From Camelus ferus (Eukaryota), in contig NC_045697.1 in the NCBI RefSeq assembly GCF_009834535.1, positions 30,444,001 through 30,508,000 of the forward strand: a DNA stretch of 64,000 nt, written 5' to 3'. Positions 39,861-53,735 of the stretch are shown here, piece after piece. Numbering within the stretch: position 1 is the first letter of the stretch; each line of letters begins with the position of its first letter. The notes beneath the pieces were generated by a model. It saw only the letters and a list, made by a program, of their open reading frames with translations. It searched no databases and was not told the origin of the DNA. The position numbers and the translations under genes are program-made.

Positions 39861-42049
39861 GGTCTAGCCAAGAGACCTCGGGGTGGCAGAGACCTTTGCT
39901 GTGGGGCTGGGCGTGGTTGTGCTTGTTGCTGGAAGGGTTCCAGGGCTCCCACCTCCCTTCAGCCCTGGCAGCCTCACTTCCATCAGTTTTACATATTTGG
40001 CTTCTGGATAGATTTTGTTTTTCTCAAGGAAGGTTTTTATTGTTTTAAAAACTTACGAAAATTATTATTTTATATTGCTTGTGATATTTAAAAAAATGAG
40101 TGGCAAGTGGAAAAATTAAACTGTTAGGAAATGAGTATCTCATAAATTTTACTCCACTGAGACAAAGACGGAAACTATTATGAAGGCGGAGTGGTCGTTC
40201 TGAATCTCAGTGGGACCATCTGCGTTTAAGCCAGTTAAATTGTTCCTCTGTGTCAACTACAAAGAAAAAGAGCGAAATTAAAAGTGAGGATTGTATAGGG
40301 AACTTATAATACTTTTAAGTTGGGTGGGAAAAGAGGTCTGTTCAAAACACTGGATTGTTCACATCCATCTTTAAGAGCACTTGTGTAGTCAAGGCAGGGA
40401 TTCCTTGTACAGTGCAAAACTGAGGTTTAAAAACATACCTCTTAAATTTACAACATTTTAAATAGTCCTTGTCATTTTTGCTTCTTTCCCTTTGCATTAC
40501 ATGGGTGAATGGGAAAAATTCTAATATTTGAATTTTAAAAAATTTATATTGTTAAAGATTTTCATGAATTTTAAAATTTATTATCCTGGAGAGATATTGC
40601 CTTATCAAGTTGTTGCCTGACATCTATCAAGTGGCAGCAGTATGCTAGGGCCTATATTTTTAATGTAGTTGATTTTAAAAGGCATAAATCCTTTAAAACT
40701 CAAAACTTCAGTAAAAGTATGTCATTATTTATAGGAAGCCTGCTCCCTGGCTGGCTCTGTGTTGAACATTTTGCATGCATTAAACGTTTTAATCTCCACA
40801 ACCACCCAGGATCTGGCATTATTTTTATCTGTTCCACAGATAAGGAAACTGAATCACGGAAAGTAAAGCAATTGACCCTTGCGTCATGAAGCAAAGGGGC
40901 CGTATTGCTGATGCTGGGCAGGTGAACCTGTCAGCCTCAAGGCTGGCCCTTTTGCTGCTGCACAGAGCCATTCTTCCAGAATGGGAAAGGTGGTTATCTG
41001 GAGTACTCTAGATCTAGGTGGCAGAGAGAAATTTCTCATGTCCTGTACCTTTGTGAAGACATATCTTTACTTGAGCCTGTTATCCAGTGACTGCAAGAAC
41101 TGTTCCTGATGCTCTGGGTTATGGAACCTTAACGTGGCAGCATTTGGGGATTCTTTTGGCCGTGGATATTACCATTTAAAATAGATTTTTAAAAAGTTAC
41201 ACAATAAAACCTCAGAACTTTGATACCTATAAAAGAATACTAATGGTGCTTGCCAGCAAATTGTGTCCCAAGATGTGAATCCCTTATATTGAGATGCATT
41301 TGTCAAAGTCTTCTCAAGAAATCAAGACATATGGGAATGTCAGTCCTTAGGATATTCATTGCTCAAATAAATTTATTCCATAGTCCTGAAAACATAAAAG
41401 CCTTGTCCAGAGTCTTTGGATTTTAATGTTTGAAAAAAATGGAAATGGATTGAAAGTTAGATAGTAACACTGAAGGGGAAGGAGCTGACATAATTTGCAT
41501 AATTTGTCTGAATGTGCTTAGGTCATGATGTGTTCATTATATGTTGTTGGGATCTGAGGCTCTTCAGCTGGAAAGTCAGGCTGAGGAGGGACTGAAACAG
41601 CCCAGGAATCAGTTTGTCTTCAGTGTCCTCTCTCTTCCTTCTCTCTCTCTCCCTCTCTCTCTCTCAGCCTCTCTCTCTCTTGCTGTCTCTCTGTTGTCCT
41701 CCCTTCATCTGAAAGAAAAAAAGTACTAGGGTAACCAACAAAATTACGAAAGATGTAGGATAAGAAGTGGGGACCTAGCCAGTAATTTGAAAACATGTTG
41801 TAAGTTTACAAATATGAAAACAGTGCTTGACCAGGAATTAGGCAGCTGATAATCAATCAAACTAGAAGGTCAAGAAACAGACTCACTTCCAGGTTGGAAA
41901 AGGAAACAGAATCAATCAGGAGGTGCCTGGATGAATTATTCAAAAAAAATTTTTCTATCATTTTCTAATTCCTTAGGAAAAAAGAATGACAAAGTATTTT
42001 CTCATTACTTTCATCAAAATAAATTCCCCTTGGCGGAGATTTTAATGTA

Positions 42050-42980
42050 GAAACAAAACTCCTTAAAATATTAGAAACAAATATCTTAGGATGGTAAAGA
42101 GCTTTCAAAGCATAAAAGTAGAAACAGTGGATCGATTTTTATTAGATTTTAATTAAGAACTTCTATAGGATTAAGTAAATAATACCCAATTGAAAGATGT
42201 ATACACTTGGACCAAAATTTACAATCATTTAAAAGTTAATATCTTTATTATATAGAGAGCCCTTATAAGTAGAAAAAGATCATCATTCCAATATCATAAT
42301 TTAAGTTCATGAATAGAAATTTCACTGAACAACTGTTAAGTAAGTGTTTAAGAAAATACTTTTAATGTTACAAGTAATCAAATGAATGTATATATATATA
42401 TATATGTGTATATATATATATATTTTTGCTTATCAGACTCTCAGAGATTACAAATCATAGTATTTAGTCTTGTTTGGGGTATAGGAAAATTGATACCATA
42501 GATGAGAGGGTTATATAATATTTCTGGTAAAAAATTTGGCAGTGTGCATCAGAAACTTTTAAAATGTTTACTGCTTTCACTACCTCAATAAAAAATAAAT
42601 TGAAAAAATTGAAAAAAAGGAGTTTATAGCTTTCAACCCAGTAATTTCACTCAAATAACTAGGAAGGAAATAATCAGAAGTGTGGACAAAAATTTTTGTA
42701 CAAAAATATTTATTACGGCATTACAATCACAAATATTGAATGCTATAGGAAATTGCTCATGACAAAATTATGTGTAAAAAGATGATCCAAATTTGATTAA
42801 GAGATACATATATATACACATGCAGATAATGGAAGAAAATATATCACATTGTTTATAGTGATTATCTCTGACATTGTAGGTGATTTTTATTTCTATCTTT
42901 AAACTTGTGAGTTCTCTGAAATGTCTACAATACTCATGTATTTCCTCTATACTTAAAGGAAAAAGGATTAAATGTTAAAA
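42050..42980 (+). mobile_element. Highly degenerate L1ME/MC-type fragment, with (TA)n at about 42389-42424
   Basis: aaaatttggcagtgtgcatcagaaacttttaaaatg...ttcaacccagtaatttcact. Confidence 0.55.
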
Positions 42981-43159
42981 AGTAAAGAATTTCCTTCTTT
43001 TTGGCTTCAGACAAATTCTGAGCAAATCCTCCTTGGATGGCTACCCAGTTAAATTATCAGTCTTTGGTGCTGCAGTGTGAATTAATTTATGTATCTTTTC
43101 CTTTTTAGCTAAGAGAAGGGCCCTTGGCAAGGCAGTCAGAGAGGAAAGGCAGGTTAAGC

Positions 43160-43400
43160 AGGCCGCTTCTTCCCCTAGGTATTTTAGCTTCTGTGGGCAC
43201 CTTCTTCCATTAAAAAAATCAAAAATTATATTTTATAATTGTGTTGATATGTAGAAGAATAAAATCCACGGTAGATTATATTCATTTTTTTCCTTCTGGT
43301 TTAAAAAAAAAACTAAATTAAAACAATTCTGTGGGCTCGTGAAAGGACCATGGTCCCAGGTACTGCGCTAAGCGGGCCTAATGGAGGAGTCGGCCCGGGC
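43160..43400. mobile_element. hAT-Tip100-type MITE (MER91-like)
   Basis: Imperfect terminal inverted repeats caggccgcttcttcc / ggaggagtcggccc around an AT-rich core. Confidence 0.5.
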
Positions 43401-44246
43401 CCAGGTGCGGATGGGGCGGTGCACACGGAGGAGTCTAAAAGGCAGGGTGGAGCAGTGCCACCTGCTCCACTGAGTGGCCTTGAGCATTTCCAATCTAGTG
43501 TTTATCTCCGTGAGAACAATCCAAATTTCAGGCTTTCCGGGAGTGCGTTCTAAGCCCTGCTGTGTGTTGTGATTACGTTCCAGGGACTTTTATGGGAAGG
43601 CCTGTTAGACTTCTGTGTGAATTTCTGATTGGGATGGGAGTGGTTAACAAGAGGCAGGGTGACTCCCAGACTTCTGACCAGGACTCCTGGCTCGGTGGTG
43701 GTGCCATTTTTCACTGTAAGGGTGACAGGAGGAGGAAGATTTCTATTTAGATATTTGGAATTTTAGGTGACTTGGGACAGTAAAGCCCTTGGGATGCCCT
43801 AGACTCAGAGGGGAGGAACAGAGGGGGCTAGACTCATGGGCTTGAGACATCGAGGGACAGGAGGTGGGTGATGACACAAGCCTGGGTGAGTGACTGAGCG
43901 CAGTGAGAAGAGAGGTGACAAGAACAGAGTTCCCAGAATGCTTCCGGAGGATTCGGCCAAGGGCACCTGGGAGCAGGGAAGAGGAAGAGCTCGGACTATG
44001 AGAAAGGATGCAATTCCAGGAGGATGTGGTTTACAGGTTTAAAAGGCACACAGAGGTTTTTAGCAAGATGAGGTTTAAAAAGTAAGATGTGTAAAAGTTA
44101 GGCAGTCGTTGGTGACCTTACTGAGAACGTTTGGGGCCAGGCAAGATTCAAATGGGTTTAGGAATAAATTCATGTCGTAATGAAGAAAGAGATGAGTCTT
44201 GAGAAGCTGGCTGTGAATAGAAAGAAAGAATTGAAGTCACAGTAGG

Positions 44247-44702
44247 TGTTAGGTTGAATCGTGTTACCCAAAATCTGTATGTTGAAGTCCTAACCTCTGG
44301 TACCTTAGAATGTGACTTATTTGGAAATAGTGTCTCTGTAGATGTAATTAATTCATATGGGATTATACTGGTGTAGGGTGGGCCCTAATCCAGTATAATG
44401 GGTGTCCTTGTATAAAGGGAAAATTCGGTCAGAGATATGCAGACAGGGAGATGCCATATGAACACAAAGGCAGGGTTTGGGATGATGTGTCTCCAGGCCT
44501 TGGAACACCAGGGGTTGCCGGCAGACGACCGGAAGCCAGGAGAGAGGCCTGGAATTGGCCTTTCTCTAACACTATCAGGGGAGCCCTCGTCCTGGCAATA
44601 ATTTGATTTGCAGCTTCTGGCCTCCAAAACTGTAAGACACTACAGTTCTGTTGTTTAAGTTACTCTTCTAGTGGTACTTTGTTACGGGAGCCCTGGGAAA
44701 CA
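44247..44702 (+). mobile_element. MaLR solo LTR (MLT1C-like)
   Basis: tgttaggttgaatcgtgttacccaaaatctgtatgttgaagtcctaacc...tagaatgtgacttatttggaaatag...gtggtactttgttacgggagccctgggaaac. Confidence 0.85.
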
Positions 44703-46159
44703 GAGAGAGAAGAGGAGGAGGGGAAGGGATGGGGAGAGGAGATGGGATAAATCCTCACTCTGAGGCTCTGGCCCAGGTGGTGTTGTTAGAGCGGCATTCT
44801 GCTTAGTGACCACTGTGGGAAAACGTGTTGCAGAACACATGGAAATGCCTCCGAATCAGACTAGGCGTCCCGAAGAGGGCTACATCCAGTGTTTTGGTTG
44901 CACCTCTTTAATCAAATGACCTAGAAGTCATTTTTACAAATACTGCCTGCTGGAGACAAAAATCATTTTGAGTTGTTTTTTAATTGATCATTTCTCTATT
45001 ATATAAGTTCAATAAGATCTAACATCACATAGCATAATTCATAGAGCTTTTAGAGATAACAGTTACAGGAACTTGGCAATGTAAATCTTGGCAATATTGA
45101 CAAAAAGTGTTTATGTAGATATTTCCAAATACCTCAACTTGAGCAGAAAAGGGGGAGTGAATAAGTAACAAATTGTACTCAATAATATTTTAACAAATTG
45201 ATTTCCACTAAAAGTAAAATGAAAAAAGATTCATATCTTGGCTGAATATTAATTCTTATGCTCTTTAATAGAGGGCCAAATTAATCTTTAGGGTGAAATT
45301 AAAACCAGATAAAAACTATATACATCAGGAAAAAGAGCTAGAAATTTATTCTGTGAAATGCAGCTGTTGCTTAACTCTAACTTGGTCTTCATTTATTTGT
45401 TTTTGGGGAGCAAATGCATTATCAGACAATTGCTACGTTATTTACTTTGTAGATGACTTTTGATACTGTTGTTTGTACTCAAAGGATATAAATACTATTT
45501 TGAATAGGGGAAAGGTGATTTTGTGTTTAAGGATTGCTCAGGAAAAGCTGCATATGAGAAGAGGGCATGTTCAGTGGTGGAGTATGAGATGAAAAGGGGG
45601 AGAAAGAAACAGTAAACAGACAGGTTACAATTTGGTAAGCTGTGTGTCCTTGGGCAAATCACTTAACTTCTCTGGGCCTCAGTTTCCTTATCTCTAACAG
45701 AATTAATAAGACCTACTTCACTATTTTATGGGAAAGCATATAGCAGAGCATGTGAGGCAGAGTAAAAGTGCAATTGATACTAGTAGCATCTCTTTTATAC
45801 TAGGATTTGTAAAGGGAGACAGTGTGGTAGCATGGGAAACAGGTGAGTTTTGGAATAGGCTAATCTGGATACAAATTTTAGGTCAGCTTCTTACTTACTA
45901 GTGTGTGGTTGACTCTAATCAGTATACAGAACTTATGTGAGTTTTTTTTTTCTTCGTCTTACTACTCCCATTTTGTAAAGCTGTGTATTGGTTAAACAAG
46001 AAAATGTGAAAGAAAGCATCTGGCCTAGTGACTCTCAGGGTCACTGCCGGCCTGAAGGACAGCTTTATGTGAATTACAGAAATCAACCCCTTCCTCAAAT
46101 AGTTTGACTTCTGTCTGTTAGAAAGTCTTCCTAATATACTGATAATTAGAACTTTGCTG

Positions 46160-46526
46160 CTTACATTAATTTTTCTAGAGCCATAGCAGAATCCCACAAG
46201 CTGCGTGGCTTAAACAGCAGAAGTTTATTTCTCACAGTTCTGGAGCCGGGAAGTCGCGACCACGGTGCTGACAGAGTAGGTTTCTCCTGAGACCTCTGTC
46301 CTTGGCTTGCAGATGGCAACCTTCTCACCGTGTCCTCACCTGGCCTCTCTGTGTGCACCTCTTGTTGCTGTCTCTTCCTCTTGTTACAAGGACACCAGTC
46401 CTGTTGGATTAGGGCTCCATCCTAATGACCTTATTCAACTTTAATTGCCTCCTAAAGGCCCTCTCTCTAAATACAGTTACATTGGGGGTTAGGGCATTTA
46501 CAGGGGACACAGGTCACTTCATAACA
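46160..46526 (-). mobile_element. MaLR solo LTR (MLT1A/MST-like)
   Basis: gtggcttaaacagcagaagtttatttctcacagttctggag...ggacaccagtcctgttggattagggc...ggggacacaggtcacttcataaca. Confidence 0.85.
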
Positions 46527-47299
46527 TTACTGTCTGCCAGAAGGTTGTCAGGATAAATATGCAAGTCTATAGTATCTACACTTTGAACGTGGTGCCTCTG
46601 TGCAGAGTGCAGCTTGGGGAGCCCCACACAAGTCCGGCACTAATAGGTGCAGACTTAATGTATGCTTCCTCTTCTCCCCTCTGCCTCCTGTCTCCGTCTT
46701 CCTTTCTTCCTCCCAGGCTGGCCACTCCCATTGGTAGATCTTGCCGCTTTACCTGGGTAGTCTTCATCCTGAGTGGAGTTGCCATGACCCCTAATGCGGA
46801 GTCTGTGTGGGGAACGAGAGTTGTCAAGAGCGTTCCTCGCCAGGAATTTGATTTTTCCAGCTCCTACACATACCGAGAGTCAGAGTTGATGTTTCCACCC
46901 TGTGTTTCTTTTTATTCCATGGCCTCCTCGTCTCCGGTCAACCTGTGAGCATGAAACTTGAGGAAATCAGAAGGAGCTCCTCAGCGGGAAACGGCAGGTG
47001 AGCGCCAGGGTGGCAGCAGCTAAACAAGGAAGCAGCTGGGTGAAGAGGACTGCTGCTGGGCCAGGTACTAAAGAGTCAGCCCTTTAGTCTTAGTCCCACC
47101 ATTCCTACTCGCTCCTTGAAGACTCTTGTCCACCAGTCTGTCTAGTCATCCCTGTGCTTGTCACCACTGATGCCTTCAGCTTCTGAGAGTTGATCCACCC
47201 AGTACTGGAGCTAGTGATTATCTTCATTCCGTTGCAGCGACCGTCCTAGTCATCATCAAACACGCAACTTTTTCAAAATTACTGCTCCGCTCATCCCGC

Positions 47300-49483
47300 T
47301 CTTCAGCCGAAACCTCCTGTACGTCCAGTTATCTTGCTTGACTCCCTGCTGTCACAGTTCTTTGGTGTCATTGAGATCTCTGGTCCACCGATCAAACTCC
47401 TTTCTCTGTATCTTACAGTGCCTTTCCTTCCCTCATTATCCCACTTGTGTTTCATGACACATCATTATAATCAGTGTCTTATAGATACCCTGAATTCCCT
47501 TGAATTTTTCGTCTTATGTCACATTTACCTGGCAAAATTCTGACCTTGAATGAACCTAAGCGTTTAACTTCTCTGAACTTGCGCCTGAGCATCTGGGCAT
47601 TGCCAGCTCATATTGTAGCGGCCCTACCTCAAACCTGAGACAGGCTTGCTTTCCCATTCTCCCAGTGACTGTTTTGTGACTTGCTTGATATCCAAATTTC
47701 CCAATCCTTCCTCCATTTCTTCCAAGTAGTTTTCAGCTAATGAAATTATCTTCTTTGATAAATGGAAGGCATCAGATGGGAGCACCTTTATCTTTCCACC
47801 ATTATAACTACAGATCTTCCTGCCTCTGCATCCATCCCCTTTCTCCTCTTTCTGATCGTGAGATTCCTGCACATGTAATCTTCGTGCCTTCTCCTCTTTC
47901 CTTACCTTACTGTCTCCCTTTTCTACTGGATCAAACAAGCATCCTCAAATTCCTCCCTTGACCCAATCTTTTTCTTGTAATTGCTCCATTTCTCTGCTTT
48001 TCATCATTGTCAGACTTCTCAAAAGAGCTGACTTTTGTCTCTTCATTCTTACTGATTGCCCAGTATGATGGACCCTCTTCTGTCCTCATTTTATTTGGCT
48101 TAGGAGCAACAGTCAACAAAGTTAAAAACTCCTCCTCTTTAACACCAGGGCACCACTCTCTCCTAGTTTTATAACTATCTTCCATGATCCTTTTGCATTC
48201 TACCTTGGAGTGTCACATTTTCTCAGGAATTGGTCTCTTTTATCTCCATGCTCTCTTTCCAGGACATCCTCTCCATTCCCACGTTTTTAGACACCATCTC
48301 TGTGATGATGGTTCCAGCTCCAACTTCTCTTCTGAGCTTCAGCTCTAATGGCTTACTTGACATCTCCATTAGGATGTTTTGCTGATATCTGAGTCATGAA
48401 ATGTCTAAAATTCTTAATAGTCACTCTAAATGTTTATCTCAAAGCCTTCACCATTTTAGTAAATGGTATCACCCAGTGGCCCAGCCTAGAAGCCTGGGAG
48501 TCATTCTTGTTTTTTCTCTCTCCCTTACCTTCCATATCTAATCCGTTACTAAGATTTTGGACTTTACTTCCAAAATATCTTTCCTAGTCTCCATCTCTCC
48601 ATTTCTACTGCTATCAACCAAGTGCAACCAACTAAGTGTATCTCCTGGACCACCACTCCTAACCTGTCTTCCCCATTCTGTTCTGGCAGCCCTCCAAACC
48701 ACTTTCCACCCGGCAGCCACAGTGGATGTTACACAATGTGGATTTCATCCTGCCATTCCCCTGATGAAGACTACTCTGAGACTTTCCAGTGCTCTGGGAG
48801 TAAATGCTAAAGGCCATTCCACGTGCATACCAGCCTGCCCTGCGTGGTTTAGCTCCTGCCATCTTCATCACCTCATTTCATGCCCTTCCCCTCACATCAC
48901 CTTTCACTTTTCTCCAACATGCCACCTCCTTTCTTTCTGAACCAGGAAGCAGCCTCTCACCTGCAGACTGTGAATCTATCAGTGCCTTGATCTTAGACTT
49001 CCCTGACAGCCTCCAGAACTGGGAGAGACGAATTTCGGTTGTTTATAAGCCACCTCATCTATGATATTCTGTTGTACCAGCCAGAACGAACTAAGACACC
49101 TTCCTTGGGGTCTTGGTACATGTTGTTCCTCTTTCTGGAATTATCTTCCCTTCAATCTTTGTAAGGCTGGTTCCTTCGCAACTTTGGAGTCTCCTTTTAA
49201 ATGTCCTCCTTCTTGTGGACAAACATGTCTTGTCCACCTTTTGTCAATTGTGCCTCCACCTCTCTGTTATTCTCTCTCATAGCGTGCAGTTCTTTGCCTT
49301 CACAGCGTTGATCCTAGTGGTAATTTCACATTTATGTCTTTGTTCTTGTTTATGTCAGCCTCTCCCTCTAGACTGTCAGCTCCATGAAGGCAGGAACCAT
49401 CTTGGGCTGTCCTCCATAGTAAGCCCAGCACTTAACCCAATGCTTAGCACCTAGGAAGCACATTTGTTGAATTTTTGAATGAA
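47300..49483 (+). mobile_element. Long L2 fragment interrupted by an MLT1 piece
   Basis: Long pyrimidine-rich L2-like body; terminus agactgtcagctccatgaaggcagg...catttgttgaatttttgaatgaa. Confidence 0.7.
48938..49098 (+). mobile_element. MLT1 LTR 3' fragment
   Basis: gccttgatcttagacttcc...agcctccagaactgggaga...gttgtttataagccacc...gaactaagaca. Confidence 0.8.
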
Positions 49484-51286
49484 CAAGCTGTTAAGTCAGA
49501 TATCATTTCTGAACTTAAGCTTCCTCACCTGCATGCCCTAAAGTATCACTCTAAGATTTATAAAATGATTATGAGAAACATTATGAGTCATTATGTTTTT
49601 AAAATGATATGTTTCCATTTTAATTAGTACCTATTAATTCCCTGCTAGGAAAGGTGAGGAAATGATCACTCCCACTCTTTCTACTTTCCTCCCCAACCTC
49701 CCGTTTTTCTTTGTTATTTTATTATATATTGGCAAAGTTTATAACATTTACACCTGTTTATATCTCAAATTCCCTCAGTTACTTAATCTTAGCCTTCTAT
49801 TTAAATGGATTAATTTCTCACCATCTGTATTAATTTAGGTTCTTAGTTTCTAACAACAGAGACTAACCTTGGTTAATACAAGCAGAAAAGGAATTGATCA
49901 CAAGGATATTGAGTGACTCACAGGTGGGAAGGCTGAGGTATCCTGCTCAAAAATTAGGCAGGAGCTAAGGGAGACTGAGCAGTGAGAAAACGCAGCTGAG
50001 GTCACGCCTGGTGAGCATCTGGTTGGGATGCACCCCAGGACCCCTGCTGGATCATGCTTCCTTCCCTTCTTCCTTCTCACTTCCTTCCTCCTTTTTTCCC
50101 TTCTTCCCTCACATTTCTTCCTCCTCCTTTGCTGTAGCATATGTGGTTGGTTTCTTGTCCTTTTTCATTCTATCTATGCTTACTCCAAGAAGCTTTTCCA
50201 AATACTACCTGCTCTCATGTTAAGTGCATGAATTCCCTTTGACCCTTCCTGTCCACTGTGTCTGAAAACTCATCATTTCCTACTCTGTGCTATTTGAAGG
50301 CTGGGCATTTTGTTTTCTTTCCTTTTTTTCCCTTAACCCTGAGAGTGGGTAAAAGAGAGGGCAGGTGTGCTGAAGCTGTGGGAGATCCTCACTGGAAGGC
50401 CCATGTTTTGTTCTGTATTCTGATTTTGTCAACTGTGCTCTACAAGTGTTCACCCCAGCTAGTTGGGGTGGGTCACATGCCTGTGTTAAGGTCCCTGGCT
50501 CCAGATGATTCCACCCCAACCTTATCTCCAGGCCTCGATTCACTGAAGGGCCCCCCTGAAGCCTTTGTTTCTGGCAGAGAAATTGGGCCCAGGATGTCTC
50601 CTCCTATCTCATTCATCCACTGTTTTCTGTTCTCTCCCATTTCTTTTGGGAGGCATTGCTATTCCCTTCTGGTAACAAGAGGAAAATATAAAGATATTCC
50701 TTCAATTCACTTCTCTCCTGATTCTGAATAAAGGAGTTACAGTTTAGGACTTTTTTGATTCCCCGTTACTGTACCTGGTGGGCCAGGGTGGGTGGTGGTT
50801 CAGCTGGAGGGGACGGGGTCATATTTGGGAGCTGTGCTAGGCCAAAAACTTCTGCTTCATCCCTTCCTGCCTCCTCTTGTTTGGTGGATATTGGTGAAAT
50901 TTCTGCTAATCATGTGACTTTAGGCACTGAAAGGGGAGAGTCTCTGACTATCTTCATTGCTCCCAGCATCCTGATAATAAAGCCTTATTTGCTTGTTCTG
51001 GTAAAGCTGGATTTCTGTCACTTATAAGCCAAACAGTGCTAACAAATGCAATGTCACAGGTGTGGGAGGCAGCCTTCTGGTAAGAAGTGAGGGGCCCAGC
51101 TTGTATCTTATCAACTCACTACCCTTTCTGTACAGGGGTGGGTTGTAGGGGGCCTACGATCAGGAGCATCTTTTTCTCCAGGGGCGGCATTGGGTTATCT
51201 GCTTGAGTACTTAGTTTGCAGTCCCATAAAACTGTAATGTTGAGCATTAACAGACTCAGTTTAGACTGGATAATTTTAAGAGTAGA

Positions 51287-51880
51287 TGATGGTTAATTTT
51301 ATGTGTCAACTTGGTTAGGCTATGGTACCCAAATATTTGGTCAAATACCAGTCTAGATGTCTCTTTGAAAGTATTTAAAAACTGTTGCGAACATTTTTAA
51401 ATTAATTAATTATTTTATTGAAGTATAGTCAGTTTACAATGTGTCAATTTATGGTGTACAGCAAAATGCTTCAGTCATACATGAACGTACATACATTCGT
51501 TTTCATATTCTTTTTCACTGTAAGCTACTACAAGATATTGAATATAGTTCCCTGTGCTATACACTATAAACTTGTTTATCTATTTATATACCAGTCAGTA
51601 TCTGCAAATCTTGAGCTCTCAATTTATCCCTTCCCACCTCCTTGCCCCCTGGTAACCATAAGTTTGTTTTCTATGTCTGTGAGTCTGTTTCTGAAAAACT
51701 GTGATTAACATTCAAATCAATAGACTTTGAGTAAAGCAGATTATCCTCCTTAATTGGGTGGGCCTTATCTAATCAGTCAAAGGCCTTAAGATTAAAAAGA
51801 CATCAACCCTTCCCTAGGTCCCCAGCTTGCTGGCAGACTGCAGATTTCAAGATTTTGGATTTTCCAGCCCCCATAAAATA
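51287..51880 (+). mobile_element. MLT2-type ERVL LTR interrupted by an L1 3' fragment
   Basis: tgatggttaattttatgtgtcaacttgg...; resumes with agactttgagtaaagcagattatcctccttaattgggtgggccttatctaatcag. Confidence 0.8.
51395..51692 (-). mobile_element. Short L1 3'-end fragment, related to the 34244-35055 copy
   Basis: ttttattgaagtatagtcagtttacaatg...tgaatatagttccctgtgctata...ggtaaccataagtttgttttctatgtctgtgagtctgtttctg. Confidence 0.85.
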
Positions 51881-52009
51881 TATACCCTAACTAATTCAAG
51901 TAGAAATTATTGAACACCTTAGTCGCCGCAGATTTTCAGTATGTCTCCTACGGGGCTAGTAGTTTTTGCCTGTTGCCGACTCCTGTAGGATTTGCCAAGA
52001 TGAGTTTGC

Positions 52010-52255
52010 TGCAGAGGGAAGAGGCAGGCTCTGGAGTCAGACCACTTGGTTTCAGTCCCCGGTTCCACCACTTACTTGCTGTGTGACTTAATAGCTTATT
52101 TACCTTCCTGTGCCTCAGTTTTCTCATGTAAAATGGAAAAGATGCTCAGATGTACTTTGTAAGGTTCTGTGAGGATTAACTGAGATAATAGACACAAAGC
52201 ATTTAGAATAGATTCTGATACATAGCAACTTCTTAATAAGTTTTGGCAATTATTA
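52010..52255. mobile_element. MIR SINE
   Basis: ggctctggagtcagacc...tgtgcctcagttttctcatgtaaaatgg...gtgaggattaactgagataa. Confidence 0.8.
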
Positions 52256-53334
52256 TAGGCCTACTGTAGTCCCATATCTGAAGCCTACATAGCACACACT
52301 GTATGCTAACATCACCAGCAGGGGCTGGGTAGCTCCTGATAATCAAACACACTCATATTTATGCAGTGAAATGTACTAAGAGGAGTAAATAAAAATCCTA
52401 AACAACCTCCTATTGGTTCAGGTCAGTTTTTGCAACCAAATGATTTCAGGAAATCTTGAATTTCAAAGCCTTTTGGATTTTGGAATTGCGGATAAAGGAC
52501 TGCAACCCACATCACATGATAATGTTTTCAAGATTCCTGAAAACAAGTTGGCTTGCTGGGTGAGCTTGTTTAATATTTTCCACTTGAACATTGGAGTGCG
52601 TCTATCATAAAAATAATTTTTGTTTAGGCATAATTGATAGAAAGCTATATTTTAGACTCATCCAGGCAATGATAGCAGTGGCTCCTGGAGACCTCTCCTG
52701 TTCGCCAGCCGAAAGTCATGACGTCAAGGTAGAGCGGATGCTCGTCTTTGTGCTGTGCTGTTTGTCACAGTAGGGGGTGTGCTCCTGCTGCACACCAAGT
52801 CCTACCTGTCCCTTCCAGAAGCTGCTGGATGAGAGACCAGACTGGCCGTGTGCTGGAAGGAAGCCCTGGGTCACGGGCTCTTGGTGGGCTGTTGGGGAAT
52901 TGGAATCATACTCCTTTATCCATTCAACATATATATATATATTTGAACTCTTGGTCTGTGACAAATATTAGAAGCTCTATCTGTGTATCATTTTATTGTC
53001 TATTCATGGCCTCTTTTAGTAATCCAAGGAGGGAGATACAGTAAATAGTGTTCTCCTTGTTTTGTTGGTGGAGAAGCAGAGTCTTAGAAAGTTTTAGTGT
53101 CACTTCAAGGCGCAAATGTACTGACCTGACAACTAAACCCGGTTCTTCACTTTCTTTTTGTTCTTTATGAAAATAGGGATGAATATATATTTTTGAACCC
53201 ATGAAGAGTAAACTGATTAGCAGCTGTTGGTGCCAACATTACAAATAGGATTTAAAGAACTTTGGCAAAACATCTTCTCATGGAATCTGTTTCAGTTTAA
53301 GGTGTTAATCAGAAATTTCCTATTACATGGGGTT

Positions 53335-53735
53335 ACCTTGTGCTTTGCTGCATCACCTAGATCCCTCGTTCAGGACTAAAGGGCTTAATCTCTTAGGTGC
53401 TAGGAAGGTTGTTGGCTAATGTCTCTCTGGGAATTGCCATCAGGTGGGGAGAGAGCCCCATTCCCTCTTTGGGAGCAGCCTGCATCCCATGATGCTGATA
53501 TAAAAGCCCCATTCCCCTCCCCTAACTGGGACAACTCTGAAGGGCCTTCCTGCTCTCGACTTCCTGTGGGGTTGGCTGAGACCTTGCTGTGCCTGCACCA
53601 TAACCCAGTTTCTCCCCCTGCCCAGCCCCGCTTCCTCTCCTTCCCTCCACAGGTGCTGAGCCAAGGGCGTTCCCAAAAGTACCTCCACACCTAAATCATC
53701 ATCTTAGAATCTGCTTCCTGGGGAACACAACCATG
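53335..53735 (+). mobile_element. ERVL LTR16-like solo LTR
   Basis: 3' end cttagaatctgcttcctggggaacacaacc; internal gcccagccccgcttcctctccttccctccacaggtg. Confidence 0.6.
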
